A DNA stretch of 64,000 nt from Macrostomum lignano (Eukaryota): assembly GCA_002269645.1 (NCBI GenBank), contig NIVC01003052.1, positions 89,560-153,559 of the forward strand, in the 5' to 3' direction. Each line of letters opens with the position of its first letter. Position 1 is the stretch's first letter. The notes beneath the pieces are model-generated. The model did no database searches. It saw only the letters and a list, made by a program, of their open reading frames with translations, and was not told where the DNA came from. This document shows positions 12,507-25,072 of the stretch, in pieces. A program made the position numbers and the translations under genes.

Positions 12507-12657
12507 TAGCCCAGTGGTCTAGCGAAGGCTCTGATGTGCCAGCGGCCCAGGCTCGATTCCCAGTGCAGTCATATTAATTTGGGGCTAAATTGTAATCTCG
12601 GCTTGGCTCTGCTCGTGCAATTAACGCTCAGGTTGAGGGCCAACCCACAAGGCACAG
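12507..12657 (+). mobile_element. tRNA-derived SINE (head plus body)
   Basis: A-box-like TAGCCCAGTGG at 12507 and B-box-like GGCTCGATTCC at 12550. The body is shared with 2095-2190 and 9956-10300. Confidence 0.7.
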
Positions 12658-12984
12658 GTAATTCCGTTTTCAAAGTGTCCGGGATGAAGCATCATTACAT
12701 TCTTCTGTCAACGGTGACAAAAAGAGTTCAGTGTCCAAATTAATTTTTTTAACAATAAAAAACCTCGTTAATTTGCTATCAATGTAAAGAGAAGTAGCTG
12801 AAAAAGTTGGGGTCCACGCAACCAGACTAAACGCGACTTCCAACCTTAGGCACGAACACGCTCACACAGGGTGTAGAGAGGCCCTGGGACTGGCTCTAAT
12901 GGCTGTAAATCGCACGACAACCCCATTGGCTAATTTTCGTGCACACAAGCCCCAATTTGCACACGTAAAATGTCAGCTAGTTAA

Positions 12985-13644
12985 CAGTAGAACTACCAAG
13001 AGGGGTGAAATCCCCCCTGGCAACTTTCCCCGCTGCGCCGTATCAAAGCACCTTCTCAAACAAGAATCAAGTCGCCAGCCCCCCAGACCGTCGAGATATT
13101 CGACGATTCTGCCAGAAGTTCGGACTTTTTCCCATAAGCGCCAGTGTATTCAGTGCACCCCTGTGCGCCAATTAGCACTGCGCCCCAGGTCAGCCTTGCC
13201 AAGCCTCCAAATTTCACCAGCACGTCGACCACATGTGTCTGCATCAGCTCTGACTTCGTTGGTCACTGGCCTCCACCCCGGCGGAGCTTCTGGACCTTCA
13301 ACAGGTGGCAGCAGGTGACACCCTGATGCGGATTTCTCTAGTTTCGCCGATCAAGCCTCGACAGTGGGAAAATCTCAACTGCTGGACATCCTCAGCTAGC
13401 CACTTGGTGCCACCTGTTGAAGGTCCAGAAGCCACCTGGGTAAAGGCTAGTGACCAACGAAGTCAGACCTGATGCAGACACACTTGGTCAACGTGCTGGT
13501 GAAATTTGGAGAAAATCCAAAAAAAATCCAAAGTGTGCCTGCGTTGCTCCAATACGGCGCAGCAAAAAAAGTTGTCAGGGGGGGGGGGAATTCCCTCCTC
13601 TTGGTAGTTCTAACGGGCGGAAAAACGGCTTGGTATTCCTACTG
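12985..13644. mobile_element. Palindromic non-autonomous DNA element flanked by TTAA (piggyBac/Kolobok-like)
   Basis: TTAA at 12981-12984 and 13645-13648. Ends tagaactaccaagagg / cctcttggtagttcta. Internal inverted repeats at 13255-13310 and 13405-13460. Confidence 0.5.
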
Positions 13645-13743
13645 TTAATTGATCGAGTCAACTTGAAACACAGTTTGGCATGAGTGAGTTCTTGCACAGA
13701 GTCAAGCATAGTTAGTTCATTAAAAAAAGAGCGGAAACGGATT

Positions 13744-14106
13744 TTACCTAGCCAGCGACATCAGAATATAATAGATGAACACAAAACCAAGCAGGGAGCC
13801 GCCAATGATGTAGCACATCAATCGCCTGTCTCCAGCCGCTCTGGCGCTGAAATTTCGCACCCGGCCAAGCGTGTTGCCAAGCAGATCTTGGGCTGAACTA
13901 AAGTCAGTGCCAAGGCCGTCTAGCACAGTATGCGATCGGTCCGTCTCGCGTTTAATATCGCTGGCATGGCCTCGGAGTAGGGCCAGCTTAGCGGCTAAAG
14001 CATCTGCTCGCCTATCGTTCTCATCTAACAGAGTCTGTTCCGCATGCCAGTCATGATTAGTGCCGCTGGCATTGTTGCCACTGCTATTATTGTTACCGTT
14101 TCTCAT
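13744..14106 (-). CDS. BET1L: BET1-like Golgi Qc-SNARE, 120 aa, intronless
   Basis: SNARE heptad ENDRRADALAAKLALLRGHASDIKRE...LDGLGTDFSSAQDLLGNTLGRV, then a C-terminal TM segment (LMCYIIGGSLLGFVFIYYILM). BET1 versus BET1L is not certain. Confidence 0.85.
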   Translation of the reverse strand: MRNGNNNSSGNNASGTNHDWHAEQTLLDENDRRADALAAKLALLRGHASDIKRETDRSHTVLDGLGTDFSSAQDLLGNTLGRVRNFSARAAGDRRLMCYIIGGSLLGFVFIYYILMSLAR

Positions 14107-14759
14107 TATTCAAGACATGAAAATTTTAGAAAAGCACACAAGAAATTAGCAAAAATTATTTTTAAAAGCATATTTCTACTTAATGCTCTACTGTTAGCAC
14201 AATATGGGATTTAAAATGCTACAATTTGTTTGATAATAACATGATTTACTTCATGCTCATACACAAAAGCAGGGGTAATTGTGTGTGTGGCGACCCCCAG
14301 TCCTTGGACTGAACAGCCGTATGCAGCCTTCAGATGCGCCGCACAATAGCTGCAGCTCTGCTGTCCATTGCACATCTCCACCCATTTGGCTAGGTATAAT
14401 CAATTATTATTATTATAATCATGCACAAATTGTGTTTCCTAAAGAATTAACAGTGACTATACAAGATCAAAAGCTACATGTAGTTTATTCAAAGATTGCT
14501 AGTTTAGTTTCTATTTATAGAGAAGAATCTAAGGAGCTTATGTAAAGTCAGTTCTCAAAAATAAACACTAGAGTAATAGATCAGGGGGTAGTTATTAATA
14601 ATAGCTAAACTAAAAAGGTGCAAAAGCTTTTCAAACAGATACTTTTTAAACCCTAAGACCAAATTATATTTGAGCAATTTTGTCCTATATTAATTTACTT
14701 TATAGATAGCTAAAAGAAACTAGTGGCCTTTTTATTTCCTTAGTAAGGTACATTGTTTG

Positions 14760-16200
14760 AAGAAAGCCAGGAAAACAAAAGCAAAAACGAACATTTGCAT
14801 TTTTTCTTTAATAATACAAAATTGCAATTTATTTATCTTTGGGCAACATGTTTTGCCAAACAATCAGCATCTTCAGGCAAAAATATAGATGTAAAGATGG
14901 TAAATTTTTTAAAGTCTAGTAAGCCAAAATGATGTAAGTATAGATAGCAAAGTTAGATGGCCCTAAATAAGAGGCAAGAGCATGAGGTCAGAACACCCTT
15001 AGATAGACACTTGCCCCTCTACCACCAAGTTGGATGTTCATGGTGGGCTTAAGCTGTTTAATGTACAATGCCTCAATAGTAGACAACTTCATACTCTGGC
15101 AGTTACAATAGATAATTTCAAATTTTTCAGCATGTCTAACTTTAGCGCATTTATTGCACATCAGGAAGTGGTTGTACACACTGCTAGCTCTTGTACAGTG
15201 CTCCTTAACTCTTGTGTGTAGGTGCCTGTCAGTTTTACTATGTAAAACTGGCATTGCTTAGCAATGCACAAGAATTTGTAGATAACTCCTGCACACAAGG
15301 TTTTTGGTACACTGCACTTGAGTCTTAGCACATATTGCAACATCTTCCTAGTATAGAACACAGGGAAGACCTTAGTGTTCAGGTGGGTATGACAGATGGC
15401 CATTATTTTATAATTTCAAAACCTGAGGCTAGGCAGCCCAATGTATGGCACTTGAATGATTTTGGAATGGGAATCTCTGTCATTCTTAACATTTTCCATG
15501 GTGTTAATTTTCTTGTTCAAGAATTCCTTAATTTTAGTGTCAACCAGCTGGTCGGGATAGTTGTTCAATCTGAAGATGTTTGATCTGAGTTAGCTCTTTA
15601 TGCAGCATAAGCCATGAGCTGCATACATGGTAAGCCCAGTGTAGCAAACCACAAATCAAACTGACTTTCCAAGAGTTGGGGCAAATGGCATGGTAGTTGA
15701 GCATAAGCCCAGTAAATGTTTTCTTGTAGTAAATAGACATTTTAAGGTTGCTGCCATTGTGGCAAGCAGTGATATCAAGAAAGTTTAAAATTTTGTCACC
15801 AATCTTAGCAGTAAATTTTATGTTAAGATGGGTGTTGTTGTTAATGACATTTAGGAATTTAGTGTATGGGCTCCCTTAGGTATTGAAGATAGTGAATGTC
15901 TTATCCATATAGCGGTGGTACACTAGGGAGACATGGGCACTTCAGCCATTCAGCTTCATAGTGGGCAGAGTTACGAGTAATTAATATAAAATTATATTAA
16001 TTATATAACTCTGTTACCCATACTTATATCATTTTGGCTTACTAGACTTTAAAAAGTTTACCATCTCTCTATATCTATATTTTTGCCTGAAGATGCCAAT
16101 TGTTCAGTGAAATATATCATACAAAGATTAATAAATTGTAATTTCTTATTATTAAAAAATGTGAATGTTTGTTTTTGTTTTCTTTTTCCTAGCTTTCCTC
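14760..16200 (-). mobile_element. Degenerate Penelope-like element (RT C-terminal part plus GIY-YIG endonuclease) with inverted end repeats
   Basis: Frameshifted pieces RYMD (about 15905), SIYYKKTFTGLMLNYHAICP, VIYKFLC..C.FYI and KTDRHLHTRVKEH...IEALYIKQLKPTMNIQ. 14760-14945 is an inverted copy of 16015-16200. Confidence 0.85.
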
Positions 16201-17062
16201 AAATTATATTCATGGCTTTTGGCTTTAAAGAAGTATAGTATTTACGCATGTTTTGATTTTATTTGGTTCATTAAAGGTGGTAATAAATCTTATACATTAA
16301 TTAAATTGATATCAATTTTTTTAATATTTATTACCATTTTGTAAAATAAGAAAATTGGTTATCAATGCTTGTTCCTATTAGAATGACAGGCATTAGTAAA
16401 AGTGTATATTGCAATTCACTATATATACATTATGGCTATGCATGCAGATATATACTTAGCAACATTGAAAAGTTGCCACTCTAAATGCCAATGAGCAATT
16501 TCTCTTGGACTTTTCTAAAATAGAAGATATGAGAACTGATTGGGATAGCTTTAATCCATCTAACCCTCACACATTGCTCTCTCAACTTTATTCCTCAACC
16601 TAAGTCTACTGTAGCATAGCTAAGTTGCATCACTCAGAAGATTAAGAGACTTTACCTGCACTCTCAAAGTGGCAACCACAGAATCTTCTATGATGGTGAC
16701 TTTTTAATGTTGCTAAGTATAAACTTTTAAAAATATATCAGTTAGTATGGAATGCCAAAAATGTTCTTGCATTGCACAATTTTTTTAACACAACCTGATA
16801 GGAATATTCAATAATAAGGTTGGGAAACTACAAAAGTTTGAAGCCAATCTATTAAAAACTTAGTTCTTGAAAATAATTACTAAGATAGGTTTTTACCATT
16901 GACACAAAACTACTATCAACAATGTAAATCATATCCAAATAATCTCTCTTAAAAATAATACAACAAAATTGATAGCATTAATATAGCTAAGACAGATGTT
17001 CAATGTGTTTTTTAAAAGTTAGATTAAAGCTATGATCTGATTATAGATTAGTACTAGCAATC

Positions 17063-17580
17063 TTTGCCCCCCGTTGGGGGACATCTGGATAAAATCCTTG
17101 TTCTTTACAAATAACAAATAGACAGCGAAATAAAGCCTAAAAAAACAACAGACATTTCCTTTAAAAACAAAACATCCCAAGACAGCAAGCATCCTCAGAC
17201 AGCATTCAAGCATTGATCCCCAAATAGCGAAATCCTCCAGACTGCAAGCATCCCCCAGATAGCAAGCATCCCCTCGATAGCAAGCAACCCCAGCTAGCAA
17301 GCATCCCCCAGATAGCAAGCATCCCCCAGACCCCAGATAGCAAGCATCCCCCAGACCGCAAGCAACCCCAGATAGCAAGCATAACCTGGATACAAAGAGA
17401 CCTTATAGATATCTAGCAACCCCCTCTTAGATAGCAAGTACCCTCCACCCCCTAAGAGCAAGCATCTCCTAATAGCAAGTTACCCCAGTAGCAAGCATCC
17501 TTCCGATAGCAAGCATCCCCTTGGTAGCAAGTATCCATCCTTAAATAGCAAGCATCCACCAGAGAAAATAGCTAGTGCAA
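17063..17580 (-). mobile_element. Second copy of the Helitron-like element with the 18-bp array
   Basis: actagcaatctttgccccccgttggggg terminus followed by agcaagcatcccccagat repeats. Confidence 0.55.
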
Positions 17581-17599
17581 CAATTTCCTTAGATTTATA

Positions 17600-20310
17600 G
17601 TGGCTCCATTTTGTTTGGCATGACACTTCTTTTATGCTTGAAACAGTGTCTTTTTTATGTTTAAAAAGGTGGCTCTTTAATGTTGACATAGTGGCTCTTC
17701 TATGTTTACCATGACGGCCCTTTTATATTTGAAATGTTGTCTCTGTTATGTTTGACATGGTGGCTCTTCTATGTTTGACATGGTGTCTCTTCTTTGTTTA
17801 ATATGGTGGCTTAGTTGTTTGACATGGTGGCTCTTTTATGTTTGACATGTAGTCACATATATGTTTGACATGATGGCACTTTAATGTTTGACATGGAGTC
17901 ACGTATATGTTTAACATGGTCGCTCTTTTATGTTTGACATGGTGGCTCTTTAATGTTCAACATGGTGGCTCTTTAATGTTTGACATTGAGTCACGTAAAT
18001 GTTTGACATGATGGCCCTTTTATAATTTACATGGTAGCTCTTTTATATTTTACATGGTGGCTCTTTTATGTTTCACATGGTGTCTCTTCTATGTTTGACA
18101 TGGTGGCTCTTTAATGTTCGCCATGGTGGCTCTTCAATGTTTGACATGGTGGCTCTTCTTTGTTTGACATGGTAGCTCTTTAATGTTTGACATAGTGGCT
18201 CTTAAATGTTCTCTATGGTGGCTCTTTTATGATTGACATGCAGTTACATATATGTTTGACATGATGGCGCTTTAATGTTTGACATGGAGTCACGTATATG
18301 TTTAACATGGTTGCTCTTTTATGTTTGACATGGTGGCTATTAAAATGTTTGACATGGTAGCTCATTAATGTTTGACATGGTGGCTCTTAAATGTTCTCTA
18401 TGGTGGCTCTTTTATGATTGACATGCAGTCACATATATGTTTGACATGATGGCGCTTTAATGTTTGACATGGAGTCATATATATGTTTAACATGGTCGCT
18501 CTTTTATGTTTGACACGGTGGCTCTTTAATGTTCGATATGGTGGCTCTTTTATGTTTGGCATGGTGGCTCTTTTATGTTTGACATGGTGGCTCTTTAATG
18601 TTCGACATGGTGGCTCTTTAATGTTCGACATGGTGGCTCTTTATGGTTTGACATTAAGTCACATGTATGTGGCTGTTTTATGTTTGACATGATGGCTTTT
18701 GTATATTTGACATAGTAGCTCTTTTATGTCTGACATGGTAGCTCTTTTATGTTTGACATAGTGGCTCTTTAATGTTTGAGATGGAGTCATGTGTATGTTT
18801 CACATGGTGGCTCTTTAATATTTGACATGAAGTCACATGTTTTTTTGACATAGTGGCTCTTTTATGTTCAACATGGTGGCTCTTTTATGTTTGACATGGT
18901 GGCTCTTTAATGTTTGACATGGTGGCTCTTTAATGTTTGAAATAGTGGCCCTTTAATGTTCGACATGGTGGCTCTTTAATGTTTGATGTGGTGGCTCTTT
19001 AATGTTTACATGGTGGCTCTTTAATGTTTGTCATGGTGGCTCTTTAATGTTTGACATGGTGGCTCTTTAATGTTTGACATGGTGGCTCTTTTATGTTTTA
19101 CATGGTGTCTCTTTTATGTTTGACATGTAGTCACGTATATGTTTGACATGGTGGCTGTTTAATATTCAACATACAAAAAAACCTTCACAAAGAAAATCGA
19201 CAAACTGCTCAAATGAAGTGCAATGCAAAAAGAAATCATCCCAAGACAGCAAGCATCACCCAGATAGCAAGCACCCCCCAAGTAAGCATCCCCCAGATAG
19301 CAAACATCCCCCAGATAGCAAGCATTCCCCAAATAGCAAGCATTCCTCGGATAGCAAGCATCCCCCAAATAGCAAGCATCCCCCAGATAGCAAGCATCCC
19401 CCAGATAGCAAGTATCCCCTAGATAGCAAGCATCCTAGATAGCAAGCATCCCCCAGATAGCAAGCATCCCCCAGATAGCAAGCATCCCCCAGATAGCAAG
19501 CACCCCCAGATAGCAAGCATCACCCAGATAGCAAGCATCACCTAGATAGCAAGCATCCCCCAGATAGCAAGCATCCCCCAGATAGCAAGCATCCCCCAGA
19601 TAGCAAGCATGCCCCAGATTGCCCCAGATGGCAATACTTTTACGTTTGAAATTGTGTATATTTTATGCTTGACATGGTGGCTCTCTTATGTTTGACATGG
19701 TGGCTCTTTAATATTCGAAATGGTGGCTTTTTAATGTTCGAAATGATGCTTCTTTAATGTTTGACATAAAAACACTGATATGTTTGACATAAAGTCACTT
19801 TTACGTTTGACATAGTGGCTCTTTAATGTTTGACATAGTGGCTCTTTAATATTCTACATGGTGGCTCTTTAATGTTTGACATGGTGGCTCTTTAATGTTC
19901 GACATGGTGGCTCTTTTATGTTTGACATGGTGGCTCTTAAATGTTCGAAATAGTGGCTCTTTAGTGTTTGACACGGTGGCTTTTTAATGTTCAACATAGT
20001 GGCTCTTTAATGTTCTACATTGTGGCTCTTTAATGTTCGACATGGTAGCTCTTTAATGTTTGACATGGTGGCTCTTTTATGTTTGACATGCAGTCACATA
20101 AATGTTTGACATGATGGCGCTTTAATGTTTGACATGGTGGCACTTTAATGTTCGACGTGGTGGCTCTTTAATGTTCGAAATGGTGACTCTTTTATGTTTT
20201 ACATGGTGGCTCTTTAATGTTTGACATAGAGTCACATATATGTTTTACATGCTGCCCATGTAATGTTTGACATGGTGCCTCTTTTATGTTTGACATTGTG
20301 CTTCTTTTAT
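17600..20310. repeat. 22/23-bp minisatellite interrupted by an 18-bp array (19235-19630)
   Basis: Unit tttgacatggtggctcttt(t)atg, repeated about 90 times. Confidence 0.95.
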
Positions 20311-20354
20311 GTTTAGCAGTTTTGTGTTTTCAAGGTGTTTTAAAAAAAAATTAT

Positions 20355-20425
20355 TTTGCACTACTAAGATTCGAACCTAGGTTGCTACATTAGCAATCCA
20401 GTCTGTTCGCATCTAGACTATCTCT
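20355..20425 (-). mobile_element. tRNA-like (SINE head) relic
   Basis: The minus strand has B-box GGTTCGAATC (20368-20377) and a degenerate A-box. No complete cloverleaf could be built. Confidence 0.45.
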
Positions 20426-21448
20426 TTTCAATTGGAGATCATGAATTTTGGCCTTTATAATTCAATACTTACAGCAAGTCATTTAGTGTAAAAAGGTATG
20501 ACAAAATCAATTTCTCAGTCAGCCAGTATCCGTCTCAATTGAAGTTAGCAATATGGTTAGGGCCTACGCAATTTTAATCAAGTCTTGTGCGCATTTCTTT
20601 GACACTGTTTTCAACTTGTTATGATGTAATATTTATCAGAATCAAAATTCAGTCAGTCAGTTTTTTTTCTAGCATTCTTACAATGCAATTCAAGTCGAAA
20701 ATTTGGCTTGACCTTTTCAAAAAAGCATGTTTTTTGAATATTTAATCCCTTTAACATTGAGCAATTTCTTAGCCAAGATGCATGTACCGTCCCAGGAAAA
20801 TTCCTGATCAAATGGTGCAAGTTTGAAGAAAATCGGTTGAGCCATTTTTTCTGAAATCTGTTGAGCCATTTTTTCTGAAATCTATCGCATACTTACCTAC
20901 CCACAGACAACTCATTTTTAGTATATAGGAATCAGTAATATAACAAATATAATAGCCACTGAAATTTGTTTGACATTATTTTTGCCAACCTATATAGTAT
21001 TTATATATAATATACAAAATTTTTATATAAATGTATCCTAGGATAAGCCAATATAAAATTCTATTTAACTCCATAAAGAATTCTATACTATGGTAATAAC
21101 AACTTATAAAAACACAACTAGAAAGATAGTAGCATACATCAAAATAAATGTTTATAGGAAATCTGTGCCATCTTGCCTATCCAAATATTGTTTCTATGTG
21201 CTAGGCCTATTCTTGTAAAAACCTATAAATTTATATAAAATTAGATAAAACATAAAAAATGAAACATTTAAAATGACAAATTAAACTAACACATATTTAT
21301 ATCATGTTTTATGATAATTTTGCCCAAAAGTTATTTACCAAATATATTAGACATTAGTATACAAAAATTATGCACTAAGTCCTACTATTCTAATCCTAAT
21401 AATAGCCAGCCAAACATTTTATGGTAGAGATGGTATGGTAGAGACTAC

Positions 21449-22305
21449 GGCATTCCTTCGGTTTACGATCCTTGAAATTGGTGACGATCCCCATAAGAAA
21501 GATAGGCCTACGCAAGAGTAAGAAATTCGTGTTTTTTAATCATTTTTTAAACCAGCACTGAAAATCACTCCAAGCCTTTTTTTCTGTCATCAAACGATCG
21601 AATGCCAACCAGAATGAAACGATGCAAAGAGATCTGTTCATTTGCATACATTCATCAAATTGAAAGAGTTGCTCGTTACAGAACTCATTTTAGAACTGTT
21701 CCATGCAGAGGATCCTATATATCCACTTTGGTTTACGATCATTTAAATGGCAGAAATATATGTAAATGATCGTGAACCGAAGGTAGGGGGTTTTAGTGTA
21801 CCATTTCACGTCTCAGAACTGTTCCATGAAGACAATCCTATATATCCACTTCGGTTTACGATCATTTAAATGGCAGAAATACATGTAAATGATCGTAAAC
21901 CGAAGCTGAGGGGGGGGGGTGGCAGTGTGCAGAGAATAATAAAGCATCAAGTTACTTAGGAGCGCACATTAACTCAAGATGACATTTCAATCGCCAACAA
22001 GCCAACAAATAATGACTACATATGTCTTCGACACCCCCCTCAGCTTTAGTTCACGATCATTTAAATTGAAGAAATACATGTAAATGATCGTGAACCGAAG
22101 TGGATATATAGGATCCTCGTCATCGCAATGCCATTAAAGAAACCATTTGTCAGCTATTCCGTTCAGTTTTTTCTAATGTAACGAATAAGCTCAGTTTAAC
22201 AATTTTTGTTTATTTCAAGCAAGCTATGATCATTTATATGAAAAATTACATTGGGATCGTGAACCAAAATGTGGGTGGAAAATAATCGTAAACCGAAGGA
22301 ATGCC
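21449..22305. mobile_element. Non-autonomous DNA transposon with 21-bp TIRs and 8-bp TSD
   Basis: TIR GGCATTCCTTCGGTTTACGAT / ATCGTAAACCGAAGGAATGCC. TSD gagactac / gagacaac. Internal ttcggtttacgatc hairpins. Confidence 0.85.
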
Positions 22306-22622
22306 GAGACAACTTAAAATAGTTCAGCTACCATCCTTATGCTAGGCTGCCTAAGCATTTAAAGGGTATCTTAACCACAGAATACCATAGGGGCCACCTT
22401 GAAGAAAAAATCTTAATGCAAAATTATTTTTGCTTTGTGCTATTTTTCCTATAAAGCTGTGAGAAAGTAATATAGAAAAGAATCACCATAGACAATATCA
22501 CTTGCATGGGCTTATGATTTTTGACTTTTGTTTTTTAATAGAGCATAGTATGAGCTTTATTTTGCCTACTATTCTAAGTAGTTAGTTAAGTTGCGGGCTT
22601 TATTTTTCAACCATTTGTCTAT

Positions 22623-22881
22623 GGGCCTTTTATATTACTAATTCCAGAACCAGAATTGGTTCGGAATTCCAAGAAAAACAGCAGTATAACTATTAAACTC
22701 TGTTAATATTTGATTGCCTTAACAGCCTCACTTTGCACGATTTTTCACTTTCTTCTTGGCGATTGTCATTCAATAATAAAAACTTTATAGCACGTATCTC
22801 CTTCTAGTTATGGAGACAAAAAGTTATACTTTACAAATTGGTTCTGGTTCTAGAACCAGAACAAGCAATATGAAAAGGCCC
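22623..22881. mobile_element. MITE (Harbinger/Tourist-like)
   Basis: TIR gggccttttatatt / aatatgaaaaggccc with 3-bp flanks tat/tat. A second copy lies at 24283-24542. Confidence 0.7.
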
Positions 22882-23771
22882 TATGATTGCATTATATGAA
22901 ATAAAGCACACTATTTTTGGGCACTATTTACTTAGTACCCTCAAGCCTTTAGCTCTCAAGTCATAAAAATTAAAAAAATAGTGTTCAGAAGAGCAGGCTT
23001 TAGGCCCCTTTTTTCTATGTAATCATACATTGTAGATCAACAAATATTCTTTTACTCTGTGGCATAAAGCAATGTAATGTTATCATGACAAAATCTCAAG
23101 CTAGTGCATAGCTTATGGCTGCAATTCCTATGCTTAAAAGTGCCTACATTTGATGCAATTTCATGCATTTCTTTCTGGAAATAGTGCAAGGTATATAGTT
23201 TAGAAAACACATAGTTGAGTTGACTCCTATCTTGTGGTATGAGTTTTCTTATTTGATTTTAGAATTGCTTTAGTGTTCAAACTCTTGCATCTTTTAGGTG
23301 CAAAGACTGGGCTTGCTAATTGTTTCAAGCTGACCTTCTTGGAAAAGCAAATGATTTTGGGAAAAGTTTGGGGAAAGATAATTGCTGTCAAATCTAAGAA
23401 TTCAATATTGGAAGCTGCATTTTGTTGCAGCTGCTTTTCATCAAAATGCTTTTGTAGTTTCCTGAAAAAAACTGGATCCAACTACCTACTTATGCTGTCA
23501 TTCAAGATCTAAGCGGACTAGGCCTACTTTTTAATTCCAAGAGGCTTAGACCCATCTAAAATGCGTGATTCCATTAAATTTGCCACTGGGATACTTCATT
23601 ACAATCCTCAATGCCACTAGGCCTACTAACTTCCTCAAAGCACTGCAAAAGTATATTATATTCTTTCCATTTATGACCCTTTTATTGTTCTTAAGTTAAA
23701 TTGTTAATAGTTTTTTGCTTATATGGCATTGATTACTGGTTGAGTGTTTGTTAACCACTATAAGATCCTAC

Positions 23772-24037
23772 TTATACATGCGCAACCCCCCTGATTTACA
23801 CTGGCCATGCGACTTACTTTTTGACCAAAAATGCGACTTACCTGTGAAAACCCTTTAAATGCAATTTTGGGTAAACCGCAGGAGTAACTATAACTGTCCT
23901 ATAAGGGCTAAATGTCTCGTCATCTAATTAGTACTACATCTGAATTCTTTAGGCTGGGAATTTTTGCGGCTTACCCTTGGTCCACCACAATTTACGGTGG
24001 CCAGAACGGCCAGGTCGGCCAGCAGTTGCGCATGTAA
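23772..24037. mobile_element. MITE with 8-bp TSD
   Basis: Ends ttatacatgcgcaac / gttgcgcatgtaa, flanked on both sides by gatcctac. Confidence 0.7.
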
Positions 24038-24282
24038 GATCCTACCACTTAAGTTTTATAACAATCGGATAATTTAAATTATATTGACTGCTCTAGGAGC
24101 TCGCACAAGTAGTAAACTGCTACTTTAATGTTATCAATTAGTTACAACAACTTATAAATCTTTATAAATCATAGGAAGAGTAGGCCTAGCATCTAGTGTT
24201 TCATATAGTAATTATTAAGCAGTAGTTAGTGCGTGATTAAAATTGCAGAATTTAAAATAGATGTCAGATTTTTTTCAATCCT

Positions 24283-24542
24283 GAGCCTCTTCACGGCATC
24301 GATTCTCGAACCAGAATCGGTTCGGATTTCCAAGAAAAAAAGCAGTATAACTATTTAACTTTGTTGAATGTTTGACTGCCTTAATAGCCTCACTTTGCAC
24401 GATTTCTCACTTTCTTCTTGGCTATTGCCATTCAATAATCACAATTTTAAAGCACTAATATCCCTCTAGTTTAGGAGACAAAAAGTTATACTTTACAAAT
24501 TGGTTCTGGTTCTAGAACCAGAACAAGCAATATGAAGAGCCT
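24283..24542. mobile_element. Second copy of the 22623-22881 MITE
   Basis: Near-identical internal sequence (gaaccagaatcggttcgg...tctagaaccagaacaagcaatatgaa). Confidence 0.7.
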
Positions 24543-25072
24543 CCTTATCTTCTTGCTTGCTTGCTTGCTAGTCGTAGTGTACTTGCTACGCCTACTCTTA
24601 AAAGATTGTTGCTCTTAAAAGCTCATCGTCATTATAGTTATGTTAGTGAATTGGTCCGTTTATAATAATATTAGTATGCATGTGATTATCATTTCAAAAA
24701 TATTAGACACAGATTTTTATACAGTTCATACATGTTTAGGCCTAATACTTTAAGGCTGATTTTAATTTAGGCCTAAGGCCTAAGCCTAATCTATATATAA
24801 TCTAGACTTTAGACACAGCACAAGTGAAGTGAATAGTGATATTAATGACTGATATGCAGGGTGGCCCATGTAATATGCCTAATTTAAAATGTTAATAACT
24901 TGGTTAATGGTTGTTTCATCTGCTGCCAGTTTGTCTGCCACTCTTTCATTTGCAAAAATATGATGCAGTTGTTTAACCTGCTAAGAAAATATTAAATTTG
25001 ATATCAGTATTCATGTGTATATAATACTGAAAGGAAATATCTAAACTAAAATAGGCCTATTATTATTTGAAA

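Noticed and set aside
12507-12570. Functional tRNA genes here and at 20355-20425
   Set aside because: Only A/B-box-like motifs are present and no convincing cloverleaf forms. The 12507 copy continues into a dispersed repeat body, so these are better read as SINE heads.
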